From Candidatus Methylomirabilia bacterium (lineage in GTDB: Bacteria; Methylomirabilota; Methylomirabilia; Rokubacteriales; CSP1-6), in contig JBGPZN010000001.1 in assembly GCA_041493815.1 (NCBI GenBank), forward strand, positions 1 to 27,864: a stretch of 27,864 nt of DNA, in the 5' to 3' direction. The notes beneath the pieces are model-generated. The model was given only the letters and a program-made list of their open reading frames with translations, made no database searches and was not told where the DNA came from. The position numbers and the translations under genes were made by a program. This document shows, piece by piece, positions 15,684-24,517 of this stretch. Positions within the stretch are counted from its first letter, which is position 1, and each line of letters opens with the position of its first letter.

Positions 15684-16900
15684 GGCGAACCTCCCTGAAC
15701 ATCGTCGGTCGGGGAGCCGCCCAGCGCGCCCGATGCGCGCAGGGCGGTGATGCGGGCCGGATCATACTGCAGGAGCCGTCGCAAGATCTCGTCCGTGTGC
15801 TGACCCAGGCGCGGGGCCGGCGCCGGCGCGCCGGTCGGGCCGGCGGTCCGCACCGGCGAGGCCACCTCGCGCAGCACGCCGAGCTCCGGATGCTCGACCT
15901 CGACGATCATGCCCCGCGCGCGCACCTGCTCGTCCGCGAGGGCCTGGGCGATCGTGTTGACGGGCGCGCAGGGGACGCGGCCGCGCAGGCGCGCGAGCCA
16001 CTGGGCCGTCGTGCGCTCGGCGAAGCGCGCCTTGAGGATCGGCATCAGCGCGTCCCGGTGGGCGAGGCGGGCGGTGAAGGTGGCGAAGCGCGGATCACGA
16101 CCGACCTCGGGCAGCTCCATCGCGTCCGCGAGGCTCTGCCAGAACTTCTCCTTGTTGCAGAAGACGACGAGCCAGCCGTCGCGGGTGGGGAAGTTCTGGG
16201 CCGGCACCAGCGACTGGTGGCCGGAGTCGGCCACGCGATCGGCCTGCCAGTCGCGGTTCAGCGCCCAGATCGCGAAGTAGGACAGCATGCTCACCGCGGT
16301 GTCGAGCAGCGAGATGTCGATGTCGCGCCCGACGCCGGTGCGCTGGGCGTCCCACAGCCCGGCCAGCAGCGCGGCCATCGAGGCGTAGCCGCCGGCGAAG
16401 TCCACGACCGACACGCCGCACTTGCCCGGCGGCCCGTCGGGCTCGCCGGTGACCGACATCCAGCCCGCGTAGCCCTGGATCAGGTAGTCGAAGGCGGGCT
16501 CGGCCGCCCGGGGGCCGGTGGCGCCGAAGCCGGACAGCGAGCAGCAGACGACGGCGGGATTGACGTCGCGCAGCGCCGCGTAGGTGAGGCCGAGCTTGGC
16601 CGGCAGATCGCCGCGCAGGTTGTTGTACACGGCGTGGGAAACACGGACCAGGTCGTGCAGGATGGCCTGGCCGTCGGGATGCTTGAGATCGAGCGTGAGC
16701 GACTTCTTGCCGCGATTGAACGACTGGAAGTAGAGCGAGTCGCCGTCGGCCGCGTACGGCCCCACGTAGCGAGCGACGTCGCCGCCGACGGCCGGATCCT
16801 CGACCTTGATGACCTCGGCGCCCAGATCGGCCAGCAGCTGGGTGCCGAAGGGCCCGGCCCCGAACTGCGAGACGGTGACGATCCGCAGCCCGTCCAGCAT
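15680..16900 (-). CDS. Family III CoA-transferase (CaiB/BaiF)
   Basis: LDGLRIV...AGPFGTQLLADLGAEVIKVEDP.GD, FNRGKKSL, SLSGFG.GP, VVDFAGG (catalytic Asp), APRLGQHT; stop overlaps next ATG. Confidence 0.93.
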   Translation of the reverse strand: MLDGLRIVTVSQFGAGPFGTQLLADLGAEVIKVEDPAVGGDVARYVGPYAADGDSLYFQSFNRGKKSLTLDLKHPDGQAILHDLVRVSHAVYNNLRGDLPAKLGLTYAALRDVNPAVVCCSLSGFGATGPRAAEPAFDYLIQGYAGWMSVTGEPDGPPGKCGVSVVDFAGGYASMAALLAGLWDAQRTGVGRDIDISLLDTAVSMLSYFAIWALNRDWQADRVADSGHQSLVPAQNFPTRDGWLVVFCNKEKFWQSLADAMELPEVGRDPRFATFTARLAHRDALMPILKARFAERTTAQWLARLRGRVPCAPVNTIAQALADEQVRARGMIVEVEHPELGVLREVASPVRTAGPTGAPAPAPRLGQHTDEILRRLLQYDPARITALRASGALGGSPTDDVQGGSP

Positions 16901-16976
16901 CGCTGCTGGAGCGGGTGCCGCGAGGCCGGCGCGTGACGTGGGTGGCCTGCTCGAGGAGCGCGAGGCTGCGTTGGCC

Positions 16977-17465
16977 TTACCGATCTTTTTCAAGGGCCTG
17001 CTCGCCGAGCGTGGCGTGGTTCTTCTTGGGGATGAGCGCGGTCCGCGTGAACGTCATCACGCGCTCGCGGCGCTGGTTGCTCACGCGCGTCTCCACGCTC
17101 ACCGTCCCCCGGTCGCCCTGCCGGGACTCGCGCGTGGCCAGGACTGTCGACTCCGAGTAGAGCGTGTCGCCGATGAACGTCGGGGCCAGGTGGACGATCT
17201 TCTCGATCTCGAGGTTGGCGATCGCCTTGCCGGAGACGTCGGCCACCGTCATGCCGATGCCGATCGAGAACACCAGCGGGCCCAGCACCAGCCGCTGGCC
17301 GTGCTGGGTGTGGGTGGCCGCGTAGTGGGCGTCGCTGTGCACCGGGTGCTGGTTCATCGTCAGCAGCGCGAACCACGTGCAGTCCGCCTCGCTGATCGTC
17401 CGTCCCGGCCAGTGCTTCATCACCTGGCCGACCGCGAACTCCTCGAAGTACCGTCCGTACGCCAT
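16977..17465 (-). CDS. MaoC-like (hotdog fold) dehydratase/hydratase
   Basis: GRYFEEFAVGQ...GRTISEAD..WF..LTMNQHPVHSD...HLAPTFIGDTL; ATG 17465. Confidence 0.9.
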   Translation of the reverse strand: MAYGRYFEEFAVGQVMKHWPGRTISEADCTWFALLTMNQHPVHSDAHYAATHTQHGQRLVLGPLVFSIGIGMTVADVSGKAIANLEIEKIVHLAPTFIGDTLYSESTVLATRESRQGDRGTVSVETRVSNQRRERVMTFTRTALIPKKNHATLGEQALEKDR

Positions 17466-17596
17466 CAGCGTGGACCGAGCGCGTAGAGGAAGGCGAGGAG
17501 GCCGGCGCCGCCCAGGATCGTGCGCGTCACGTAGAGCGCCCACGACGCGAACATGATGGCGCGGATCAGCGCCGCGGTGGGGAACACGCCCGTCAC
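17465..17596 (-). CDS. Small hydrophobic protein (43 aa), unannotated
   Basis: MTGVFPTAALIRAIMFASWALYVTRTILGGAGLLAFLYALGPR; GTG overlaps ACAD stop (GTGA) and its TGA overlaps the MaoC ATG (TGATG); GC3-rich codons. Confidence 0.7.
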   Translation of the reverse strand: MTGVFPTAALIRAIMFASWALYVTRTILGGAGLLAFLYALGPR

Positions 17597-19785
17597 GTGG
17601 TGGCCACCGCGCGCGCGGCCACGTCCCGGCGCAGCGAGTCGTCGTCGAGCGGAACGAAGGCGAGCCGCGCGGCGTCGCGGTAGAAGCGCTCGACGGGGAA
17701 CTCGCTGACGTAGCCGTAGCCGCCGTGGATGCGCATCGACTCCAGCGTGGCGTCGGCGGCGACCTTCGCCGCCGCCAGCCGCGCCATCGCCCCGGCCGCC
17801 GGGTCGAGCGGCTGGCCCTCCCCGGCGTGATAGGTGAGCAGGCGGGCGGCGGTGATCCCCGTGGCCATGTCGGCGAGCTTGAGCTGCACGGCCTGGTGCT
17901 GGCAGAGCGGCTGCCCGAACGTGCTGCGTTGCTGCGAGTAGCGCAGCGCCGCCTCGAAGGCGGCCTGGGCCAGTCCCACCGCGACCGCCGCCGTGGCCAC
18001 GCAGGCGGCGCCGAGGACCTGCGCCGCCGCGTCGCCCCCGAGGACCAGCGCGGGCCGGACGCCGTGCAGGCGTAGCACGCAGGGGTCGAGGCCACGGGCG
18101 CCGATCGTCGCCTCGGGCTCACCGGGATCGAGACCCGGCGTCCCGCGCTCGACGAGCGCCAGCAGCGGACCCTCACCCTCGGCGACCGCGCGCAGGAGGA
18201 CGACATCCGCGCGCGGCGCGTTGTCGGCGAGCGCGGTCGCGCCGTGCAGCGTCCACGCGCCCGCGTCGCGACGGGCCGTGACGTCGCCGCCGAGCACGGT
18301 CGTGGCCATCCGCTCGCCGCGGGCCAGGGCGGGCAGGCGGGCCTCGCGCTGGGCCGGGGCCGCGAAGCGCTCGAGCGCCCAGGTGGCGATCAGATGGCCG
18401 GCGGCGGCCGCCCCGACGGTGGTCCAGCCCCGCGCGACTTCCTCCAGCAGCATCGCGGTGGCGCCGAGGTCGAGGCCGAGGCCGCCGCGCGCCGGATCGA
18501 CGACGGCACCCAGCAATCCCAGCTCGGCGAGCTCGTGGACGATCGCGGCCGGGTAGCGACCGGCCGCCTCGTGCTCGGCCACCACCGGGACGAGCGACGT
18601 GTCCACGAACTGGCGCACCGCCAGCACGATCTGCCGCCGCTCCTGGGACTCGCCCTCGCGCGAGGTGAGCGCGCCCAGCCGCTCGCCGTAGCGCTCGACG
18701 AGCTGGCGGGCGATGAGCGTGCGCTGGATCTCGTTGGTGCCCTCCCCGATGATCATCAAGGGCGCGTCGCGGTAGTGGCGCTCGACGGTGTGACGCTTCA
18801 GCGTGCCCGTCTCGCCGTACACGCGCATGGCGGTGACGGCCATCGCATACGCGGTCTCGGAGGCGTAGAGCTTGGCCATGCCGGCCTCGAGGTCGCACCG
18901 CTCGCGCCGGTCCTTCATGCCGGCGGCCCAGTAGGTGATGAGCCGCGCGGCCTGCACGCCGGTGGCCAGATCGGCCAGCGCCGGCGGCGGCGCGTCGCTG
19001 GCCCGCGCGCGATCGAGCGCGTCCTCGTAGGCGGCCTGGGCCACGCCGACGCAGCGGGCGGCGATGTTGATGCGGCCCGTCTCCAGCCCGCTCATCACCT
19101 GGCCGAAGCCGCGGCCCTCGAGCCCGCCGACCAGGTTGGCGGCGGGCACCGCGCAGTCCTCGAAGAGCAGCTCCACGGTGTCCACGCCCTTGTAGCCGAG
19201 CTTGGCCAGCGATTTCCCCACGCGGAAGCCCGGGTGGCCCTTCTCGACGATGAAGCAGGACATGCCCCGGTGGCGTGGCTGCGCGCGCGGATCGGTCACC
19301 GCCAGCAGCGCGAAGGCGTGGCCCTCGCGCCCGTTGGTGATGAACATCTTGCTGCCGTTGAGCACGTAGTGGTCGCCGTCGCGGCGGGCGGTGGTGCGGA
19401 TGGCCTGCACGTCGGAGCCCGCGTGCGGCTCGGTCAGGCAGAGGCCGCCGCGCGCCTGCCCGGCGGCGAAGCGCGGCAGGAGGCGGCGCCGCTGCTCCTC
19501 GGTGCCGTGGTGCAGGACGATGAGCGTGGCCATCGTGTGGCTGTTGATCACGCCGGCCAGCGACATCCAGCCGCGGCACAGCTCCTCGATGAGGCGCGCG
19601 TAGGTGCTCACGGCGAGCCCGAGGCCCCCGTACTCGGCGGGGACCAGCGCACCGAACAGGCCGAGCGCGCGCATGCGCGCGACCAGCGCGTGCGGGTATT
19701 CGTCGGCGTGCTCGAGCGCGGCGGCCACCGGCCGCACCTCGTCCTCGACGAAGCGGCGGACGGCGGCCACGATCGGCGGGGCCAT
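17593..19785 (-). CDS. Tandem (fused double-domain) acyl-CoA dehydrogenase, 730 aa
   Basis: Domain 1: LTEPHAGSD, GSKMFITNG, IGEGTNEIQR; domain 2: RQFV..., RSTFGQPL, HGGYGY..ERFYRDA. Start ATG 19785. Confidence 0.9.
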   Translation of the reverse strand: MAPPIVAAVRRFVEDEVRPVAAALEHADEYPHALVARMRALGLFGALVPAEYGGLGLAVSTYARLIEELCRGWMSLAGVINSHTMATLIVLHHGTEEQRRRLLPRFAAGQARGGLCLTEPHAGSDVQAIRTTARRDGDHYVLNGSKMFITNGREGHAFALLAVTDPRAQPRHRGMSCFIVEKGHPGFRVGKSLAKLGYKGVDTVELLFEDCAVPAANLVGGLEGRGFGQVMSGLETGRINIAARCVGVAQAAYEDALDRARASDAPPPALADLATGVQAARLITYWAAGMKDRRERCDLEAGMAKLYASETAYAMAVTAMRVYGETGTLKRHTVERHYRDAPLMIIGEGTNEIQRTLIARQLVERYGERLGALTSREGESQERRQIVLAVRQFVDTSLVPVVAEHEAAGRYPAAIVHELAELGLLGAVVDPARGGLGLDLGATAMLLEEVARGWTTVGAAAAGHLIATWALERFAAPAQREARLPALARGERMATTVLGGDVTARRDAGAWTLHGATALADNAPRADVVLLRAVAEGEGPLLALVERGTPGLDPGEPEATIGARGLDPCVLRLHGVRPALVLGGDAAAQVLGAACVATAAVAVGLAQAAFEAALRYSQQRSTFGQPLCQHQAVQLKLADMATGITAARLLTYHAGEGQPLDPAAGAMARLAAAKVAADATLESMRIHGGYGYVSEFPVERFYRDAARLAFVPLDDDSLRRDVAARAVATT

Positions 19786-19794
19786 GGCGAGGGG

Positions 19795-19804
19795 ATAGTA
19801 CAAT
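19795..19804. promoter_or_regulatory. Overlapping divergent -10 elements (TACTAT minus, TACAAT plus)
   Basis: ATAGTACAAT in a 29-bp gap between ATG 19785 (minus) and ATG 19815 (plus); no SD for either. Confidence 0.45.
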
Positions 19805-19814
19805 GAAAGCGAGC

Positions 19815-21440
19815 ATGTCCCCGGACGACCTCGTCCTCTTCCTGCAGCGCGGGCTCGACCGGCTCGTGCGCCGTCTCCGTCTCGGCCGCGCTCCCGTCCC
19901 CGGGCGCTGCCGGCTCCTCGTCGTGCAGATCGACGGGCTCTCGCACGCGGTGCTGGAGCGCGCCCTGGCCGAGGGCCGCATGCCGTTTCTCCGGCGGCTG
20001 CTCCAGCGCGGGGGCTGCCAGCTGCATCCGATGTCGGTGGGCCTGCCGACCTCCACGCCGGCATTTCAGATGGCGGCCATGTACGGCGTGTCGCCCGACA
20101 TTCCCGGCTTCCACTACCACGACAAGCGCCGGCGGGCCGACGTCTACTTCCCACGCGCGGGCGACGCCGCCCACGTCGAGGCCACCCAGGCCGCCGGCCG
20201 CCGCGGCATCGTCACCGGCGGCAGCACCTATGGCTGCGTCTTCACGGGCGGCGCCGACAACAACTTGATGACCTTCGCGATGCTCAAGCGCCCGTCGGGC
20301 GCCGGCCTGCTCTGCGCGCTGTCGGCCGTGGTGGTGTTGACGTGGGTCGCCATCAAGAGCCTGGCGATCTCGGCGCTGGCGATCGGGCGCGCGCTGCTCG
20401 CGCTCGTCGCCGATCCGCTCGGCGCGCCGCGGGGCTGGAAGCTGCTGGCGCTGAAGGTCGGCGTGTCGGTGTGGATCCGCGAGCTGTTCACGCTGTCGGC
20501 CGCGCGCGACATCTACGCGGGCGCCCCGGCCATCTACGTCAACTACCTCGACTACGACATCTTCGCCCACGCCTGGGGACCGCGGCACCGCCGGGCCCTG
20601 CGCTCGCTGCAGCCGGTGGACGCCTCGCTCCGGCAACTGTGGCGGGTGGCCCGGCGCGTGCCCGAGCACCGCTACGACATCTACCTGCTGGCCGATCACG
20701 GCCAGGCGCACTGCACGCCGTATGACAAGCTCAACGGCGGCCGCCGCATCGAGCGCCTGCTCTTCGAGGATTTCCTCACGCCGGCCGGGGCCCACGAGGT
20801 GGCGCCGGGCCGGCCGGGCAGCCACCGGCTGGCCAGCGGCATCAAGGCGATCCGTAGCGGGCGCGAGCCGGGTGTCGTGCAGCGGTTCATCAACTACCTC
20901 GAGCAGGATTTTCCGTGGCTGCTGGGCGAGGTGAAGGAGGCGCACGAGCAGGGCGGCGTGCGCGTCATCGCGGCCGGCCCCAACGCGTTCGTCTACTTCC
21001 TGGACGACCCGCTGCCGCTGAGCCTGGAGCGGATCGACGAGCGTTTTCCAGGCCTGGTCGACGACATCGCGCGCAGTCGCGGCATGGGCTTCGTGCTGGT
21101 CCGCTCGGCGCCCGGGCCCCTCTGCGTGTGGCGCGGCAAACGCTATCGCGTGGACGAGCTCGGCGAAGGCCCGTTCGCCGGACGCGTCGACCTCGAGCTG
21201 GTCAAGGCGGGGATCCGCGACCTGATGGCGATGCCGAGCGCCGGCGATCTGGTCCTCTACGGCCTCGAGGCGCCGAACGGCCACGTGACGTTCGTCGGCG
21301 AGGTCGGCGCCCACGCCGGCCCGACCGAGGACGAGATGCGCACGTTCGTCGTGACGCCGCCCGGCGTGACGCTGCCGGGGCCGATCACCCATCCGCTGCA
21401 GCTCTATCCCCACTTCGCGCGATACCAGGACGCCGCGTGA
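19815..21440 (+). CDS. Alkaline phosphatase superfamily protein (type I phosphodiesterase/NPP-like) with internal hydrophobic segment
   Basis: QIDGLS, PTSTPAFQ (Thr nucleophile), DYDIFAH, ADHGQ, HAG metal-ligand motifs. Alternative ATG at 19803. Confidence 0.85.
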   Translation: MSPDDLVLFLQRGLDRLVRRLRLGRAPVPGRCRLLVVQIDGLSHAVLERALAEGRMPFLRRLLQRGGCQLHPMSVGLPTSTPAFQMAAMYGVSPDIPGFHYHDKRRRADVYFPRAGDAAHVEATQAAGRRGIVTGGSTYGCVFTGGADNNLMTFAMLKRPSGAGLLCALSAVVVLTWVAIKSLAISALAIGRALLALVADPLGAPRGWKLLALKVGVSVWIRELFTLSAARDIYAGAPAIYVNYLDYDIFAHAWGPRHRRALRSLQPVDASLRQLWRVARRVPEHRYDIYLLADHGQAHCTPYDKLNGGRRIERLLFEDFLTPAGAHEVAPGRPGSHRLASGIKAIRSGREPGVVQRFINYLEQDFPWLLGEVKEAHEQGGVRVIAAGPNAFVYFLDDPLPLSLERIDERFPGLVDDIARSRGMGFVLVRSAPGPLCVWRGKRYRVDELGEGPFAGRVDLELVKAGIRDLMAMPSAGDLVLYGLEAPNGHVTFVGEVGAHAGPTEDEMRTFVVTPPGVTLPGPITHPLQLYPHFARYQDAA

Positions 21441-22192
21441 CGCCGCTGGTCGCGGCCAGCTACAACATCCACCGTGGTGTCGGGCTGGACCGGCGGCGCG
21501 ACCTCGACCGCATCGCCCGGGTCATCCAGGAGATCGGTCCCGACGTCATCGGCCTGCAAGAGGTCGTGCGGGAGAACGGCGTCGCCCACGCCGACCAGGC
21601 CAGCTACCTGGCGGCCGCCCTCGGCATGAGCGTGGTGATGGGTGCGACGCGTGCCTTCGGCGACGGGACGTACGGCAACGCCGTGCTCACGCGGCTGCCG
21701 GTCCTCTCGTCGCTGCGCTGCGACCTCTCCTTCGACGGGCGCGAGCCGCGCGGCTGCCTGCGCGTGGACCTGGGCGTGGACGACACCGCGCTGCACGTGT
21801 TCAACTGCCACTTCGGTCTGGCCTTCCGCGAGCGCCGCGCGCAGGTCGAGCTGCTGCACGCGTTCCTGCGCGCGGCCGACTGCGCGGGGCCCCGTCTGCT
21901 GCTGGGGGATTTCAACGAGTGGCACCGCGGCCCCGTCTCCCGCGGCCTGCGCCGCGAGTTCTCCTCGCCGATGCGGCAGATGCGCCGCACGCACCCCGCG
22001 GTGTTCCCGCTGTTCCGGCTCGACCGCATCTACTGGGACGTCGAGCTGCAGGGCGAGGAGTTCCACGTCCACCGAAGCCGCCTGGCTCGCGTCGCCTCCG
22101 ACCACTTGCCGGTTGTCGCCCGCGTCCGCGTGCGCCCCCGCGCCCGCCCCGCGCCCTATCTCACGGGCGACGCGCTGCCGCCGGCCGAATAG
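21437..22192 (+). CDS. Endonuclease/exonuclease/phosphatase (EEP, YbhP-like) family protein
   Basis: SYNIH, DVIGLQEV, GNAVL, LLGDFNEW, LDRIY, SDHLPV; GTG overlaps upstream stop (GTGA). Confidence 0.9.
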   Translation: MTPLVAASYNIHRGVGLDRRRDLDRIARVIQEIGPDVIGLQEVVRENGVAHADQASYLAAALGMSVVMGATRAFGDGTYGNAVLTRLPVLSSLRCDLSFDGREPRGCLRVDLGVDDTALHVFNCHFGLAFRERRAQVELLHAFLRAADCAGPRLLLGDFNEWHRGPVSRGLRREFSSPMRQMRRTHPAVFPLFRLDRIYWDVELQGEEFHVHRSRLARVASDHLPVVARVRVRPRARPAPYLTGDALPPAE

Positions 22193-22230
22193 CGGCCGCC
22201 ACGGACACCTCGCCCGTCGAGCCCCCGTCG

Positions 22231-23664
22231 TTGGCCGAGGCCAGCGCGCCGGCGGCAGCCCCCCTCCGTCGATCGCTCGGGCTCGTCGTCACGGCCGCCT
22301 CCGCACTGGTGCTGATCATCATGGTGGCGCTCCTCGTGCGCGCGCACGTGGGCGAGCCGCGGCTGGCGGGCATCGAGAATCCGGAGCGCGCGCTGGCCCT
22401 GATCGTCGGCAGCTCGATGGACGCCCAGGCGGCGCTGGCCCGCGCGCCGGCCTGGGAGCGCCGGCTGTACGCGCTCCTGCTGTCCGACGCCGGCAGCGAG
22501 ATCGGCCAGGCCATCGCGTGGTACGAGGAGCTGGCGAACGACTCGCTGGCGCCCGGCGTCGACCTGCGGCTGGCCATCCTGCTCGGCGAGGCCGGGCGAC
22601 GCGAGCGGCTGCGGCGCGTGGTGGGGCCGTGGCCGGCGCGCGACGAGCCCCTGTCGACCTACGGCAGCGTCATCGCCGCGGCGTATCTGGACGCGGGCGA
22701 GCTAGAGCCCGACGCCGTCACCGAGACGCTGGCCGAGCTGGGACCGGGCTGGTTTGCCGACGCGCTCGCCCTGCGGGTGGCCGCGAGCGTCGATGAGTCG
22801 ACGCTGGCCGACGCCGCGCGCCAGGCCCTCGCCGCGCGATCGCGACCCCTGCTCTGGCGCGTGCGGGCGATCGCCGCGCTCGACCTGCTCCTGCTCGCGC
22901 TGGGTCTCCTCGCGCTGCGCGCCATGTGGCAGGGGCGGAGGTGGCGAGGGACGGTCGCCGATGCACCGCTGCCGCCGCCGTGGTCGCTGGGCGCCGGTCT
23001 GGAGACGCTGGTGCGCGGCGGTGCCCTCGCCGCGCTGATGCTGCTGGCGCTGTGGGTCGGCAATCACTGGCTCGCCGAGCAGCCGATCCTGGCCGAGGCG
23101 CTCGATCAGCCCCTCATGTACGTGCCGCTGCTGCTGCTCGTCTGGCGCGCCCTTCTCGCCCCGGCCGGGCTCGGGTTCGTCGCGGCCTTCGGCCTGCGGC
23201 CCCGGCCGGATGGCTGGCGACCGTGGCTGGAGGCGGCGGCGATGCTGGTTGGCGCCGGCATCGTGATCGACTTCGGCCTCGGCACGCTCGGCGAGCGGCT
23301 GGGGCTGGGCTCGCACTGGTCCGAGTGGTTCGACCCCCAGCTGGCGTGGGGATCGCCGGCGGCGGTCGCGGTGACGCTGCTCGGCTCGCTCGTGTTCGCG
23401 CCCGTGTTCGAGGAGCTGATCTTCCGCGGCCTGCTCTACGGCACGCTGCGCGCGCGCCTGGCCTGGCCGGCGGCCGCGCTGGGCAGCGCGCTCGTCTTCG
23501 CGCTGGCGCATGGCTACGGCGCCGCGGGCTTCCTGAGCGTCTTCCTCTCCGGCGTGCTGTGGGCGTGGGTCTACGAGCGCACCGGCAGCCTGTTGCCCTC
23601 GATGGCCGCCCACGTGGTCAACAACGCCGCCGTCGCCCTCACGCTGACGGCGATGCTGCGCTGA
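22231..23664 (+). CDS. CPBP (CAAX/Abi) family intramembrane glutamic endopeptidase with N-terminal soluble domain
   Basis: EELIFRG, FALAH, HVVNN motifs. Start uncertain (TTG 22231 or ATG 22321). Confidence 0.82.
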   Translation: MAEASAPAAAPLRRSLGLVVTAASALVLIIMVALLVRAHVGEPRLAGIENPERALALIVGSSMDAQAALARAPAWERRLYALLLSDAGSEIGQAIAWYEELANDSLAPGVDLRLAILLGEAGRRERLRRVVGPWPARDEPLSTYGSVIAAAYLDAGELEPDAVTETLAELGPGWFADALALRVAASVDESTLADAARQALAARSRPLLWRVRAIAALDLLLLALGLLALRAMWQGRRWRGTVADAPLPPPWSLGAGLETLVRGGALAALMLLALWVGNHWLAEQPILAEALDQPLMYVPLLLLVWRALLAPAGLGFVAAFGLRPRPDGWRPWLEAAAMLVGAGIVIDFGLGTLGERLGLGSHWSEWFDPQLAWGSPAAVAVTLLGSLVFAPVFEELIFRGLLYGTLRARLAWPAAALGSALVFALAHGYGAAGFLSVFLSGVLWAWVYERTGSLLPSMAAHVVNNAAVALTLTAMLR

Positions 23665-23687
23665 CGAGAAGGTGAGAGACCTGCCGG

Positions 23688-24344
23688 CTACGGCCGTGGC
23701 GCCTCGCCGCGGCTGAGCCGCAGCAGGAACTTCGCCAGGTCGCGGGCCGCGTCGTCGAACGACTCGCGGAGATGGTCCTTGCTGTCGCCGCCGAAGAACC
23801 CGATCGAGGCGACGCGCCGATCGGCGGTGAGCATGACGACCTTGCCGGTGGAGACCTCGACGAAGCGCATCTCGAGCTGCGCGCGGGTCCGGCCGCCCCC
23901 GTACAGTCCCACGAAGGCCCGGGCGACCTGCGAGCCCTGGCCCAGGCGCGGGATGTCGCCGTCGATGCGGAGCGCGTTCGGCAGCCCGGCCGGCATCGGC
24001 GTCTCGGCGAGGTTGATGACGCGCTCGAAGAGCCCGCTCTCGCGAAGCCGGCGCACCAGCTCGGACTGCAGGAAGACCGACATCGACTGGGCCAGCCGCC
24101 GGTCGTCGTCGTCCTTGATGTTCGAATCGGTCACCGGGAACTGGTTGACCGCGATGACCCGATAGGTCTTGAGATCGAAGCCCGGGGCGACGGCCACGAG
24201 CCCGGCATCCTTGTCCTCGACGTTCGGGGTCATCCCGGACGTGCTCCGCGGCTCGTCCGGCTTGATCTGATAGGCGCCGAAGCAGCCGGCCAGGGCGAGC
24301 GACAGTCCGAGGAGCAGCCGCAGCGTGGAATCGAAGCGTCGCAT
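23688..24344 (-). CDS. DUF4410-like lipoprotein
   Basis: Lipobox LAGC; LRIDGDIPRLGQGS..ARAFVGLYGGGR pattern; GGAGG SD before ATG 24344. Confidence 0.7.
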   Translation of the reverse strand: MRRFDSTLRLLLGLSLALAGCFGAYQIKPDEPRSTSGMTPNVEDKDAGLVAVAPGFDLKTYRVIAVNQFPVTDSNIKDDDDRRLAQSMSVFLQSELVRRLRESGLFERVINLAETPMPAGLPNALRIDGDIPRLGQGSQVARAFVGLYGGGRTRAQLEMRFVEVSTGKVVMLTADRRVASIGFFGGDSKDHLRESFDDAARDLAKFLLRLSRGEAPRP

Positions 24345-24517
24345 GAGCGCCTCCGTGGTGACGAGGGTCGACTGGCCAGGTCGAGCACGGCGCCGACCAG
24401 GAGAATACCGCCTGAATCGAGGCGACACCACGCCGTTCTCGGGTCGTGTAGATTGTGGACTGTGGACGAATCAGGAGCGCGCCCGGGCGTTCCGCCACCC
24501 CTTACCCCGGAGGTCAC

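Noticed and set aside
24454-24467. TGTGGAC tandem repeat next to TAGATT upstream of the peroxiredoxin
   Set aside because: Only two 7-bp copies and no second instance seen; cannot be distinguished from chance.
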